From assembly GCF_902713615.1 (NCBI RefSeq), contig NC_052155.1, positions 175,559,828-175,623,827 on the forward strand: a stretch of DNA of 64,000 nucleotides, in the 5' to 3' direction. A program made the position numbers and the translations under genes. Below are positions 62,575 to 64,000 of this stretch, one piece after another (within the stretch, counting starts at the first letter, position 1; every line of letters begins with the position of its first letter). Source of the stretch: Scyliorhinus canicula. Taxonomy: Eukaryota. Under the pieces are notes generated by a model. That model worked only from the letters and a program-made list of their open reading frames with translations, made no database searches and had not been told where the DNA came from.

Positions 62575-63840
62575 CAAAGAAAAGTACAGCACAGGAATAG
62601 GTCCTTCGGCCCCCCCCCCCAAGCCCGTGCCGACCATGCTGCCCGTCTAAACTAAAATCTTCTACACTTCCGGGGTCCGTATCCCTCTATTCCCATCCTA
62701 TTCATGTATTTGTCAAGATGCCTCTTAAACGTCACTATCGTCCCTGCTTCCACCACCTCCTCCGGCAGAGAGTCCCAGGCACCCACTACCCTCTGTGTAC
62801 AACACTTATTTCGCACATCTCCTCTAAACTTGCCCCTCGCACCTTAAACCTATGCCCCCTAGTAATTGACCCCTCAACCCTTGGAAAAAGCCCCTGACTA
62901 TCCACTCTGTCTATGCCGCTCATAATTTTGTAGACCTCTATCAGGTCGCCCCTCAACCTCCGTCATTCCAGTGAGAACAAACCAAGTTTATTCAACCGCT
63001 CCTCATAGCTAATACCCTCCATACGAGGCAACAGCCTAAATCTCTTCTGCACCCTCTCTAAAGCCACCACATCCTTCTGGTAGTGTGGCGACCAGAATTG
63101 AACACTATACTCCAAGTGTGGCCTAACTAAGGTTCTATACAGCTGCAACATGACTTGCCAATTTTTATACTCAATGCCCCGGCCAATGAAGGCCTTATGC
63201 CTTCTGACTACCTTCCCCACCTGTGTTGCTCCTTTCAGTGACCCATGGACCTGTACACCTAGATCTCTCTGACTGTCAATACTCTTGTGGGTTCTACCAT
63301 TGACTGTATATTCCCTACCTGCATTAGACCTTCCAAAATGCATTACCTCACATTTGTCCGGATTAAATTCCATCTGCCACCTCTCTGCCCAAGTCTCCAA
63401 ACGATCTAAATCCTGCTGTATCCTCTGACCGTCCTCATCGCTATCCGCAATTCCACCAACCTTTGTGTCGTCTGCAAACTTACTAATCAGACCAGTTACA
63501 TTTTCCTCCAAGTCATTTATATACACTACGAACAGCAAAGGTCCCAGCACTGACCCTGCTGAACAACATTAGTCACAGTCCTCCAATCAGAAAAGCACCC
63601 TTCCATTGCTACTCTCTGCCTTCTATGACCTAGCCAGTTCTGTATCCATCTTTCCAGCTCACCCCTGATCCCGTGTGACTTCACCTTTCGTACCTGTATG
63701 CCATGAGGGACCTTGTCAAAGGCCTTATTGAAGTCCATATAGACAACATCCACTGCCCTACCTGCATCAATCATCTTTGTGACCTCTTTGAAAAACTCTA
63801 TCAAGTTAGTGAGACACGAGCTCTCCTTCACAAAATCGTA
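62575..63840 (-). mobile_element. CR1 LINE ORF2 RT fragment with 3' tail
   Basis: SCLTNLIEFF, VDVVYMDFNKAFDKVPH, LGPLLFVVYINDL, KFADDTK, WQMEFNPDKC, LVRPHLEY; frameshifted. Confidence 0.95.
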
Positions 63841-64000
63841 CTGCCTCTGGTTTCTTTGCCTCTGGCTCCTGTTCTACAAATTGTACAACTACTTGCTTCC
63901 TCTGACAGCCCAAAATACGAGCCCTACAAGCATGTCCCTCTTCAGGTGTGAGGTTTTGGCACCCCTGTCACAAATAGAACCTTCCTAGTTTACCCTTTGC

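Overview
Eukaryotic (vertebrate) genomic DNA, most likely from a cartilaginous fish such as a catshark. This is inferred from the dense HE1-type V-SINEs, CR1 fragments and GC-rich Harbinger-like MITEs. Most of the window is transposon-derived: Gypsy pol relics, solo LTRs with target-site duplications (TSDs), CR1, L1, Rex/Babar and RTE LINE pieces, many SINEs, PIF/Harbinger elements, a hAT element and two minisatellites. There is one 157-N assembly gap and a degenerate tRNA-Lys(UUU) copy. Almost all ORFs in the supplied track are repeat artefacts. The main hidden feature is a decayed gene of about 15 exons on the minus strand (about 44536 down to 22359). Spliced by eye, it encodes a highly divergent NMDA-receptor-like (GRIN/GluN-type) subunit with its domains in the correct order: signal peptide, ATD, S1 with the Cys-rich loop, M1, M2, M3 (YTDNLA, split by a solo LTR), S2 (one exon split by a MITE) and M4. 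It is riddled with stops and frameshifts, so it looks like a pseudogene of a non-canonical GluN lineage. A CpG-rich promoter-like stretch with RFX/NRF1 motifs near 15.3 kb may drive a second minus-strand transcript. All translations and alignments were done by eye; no database search was run.
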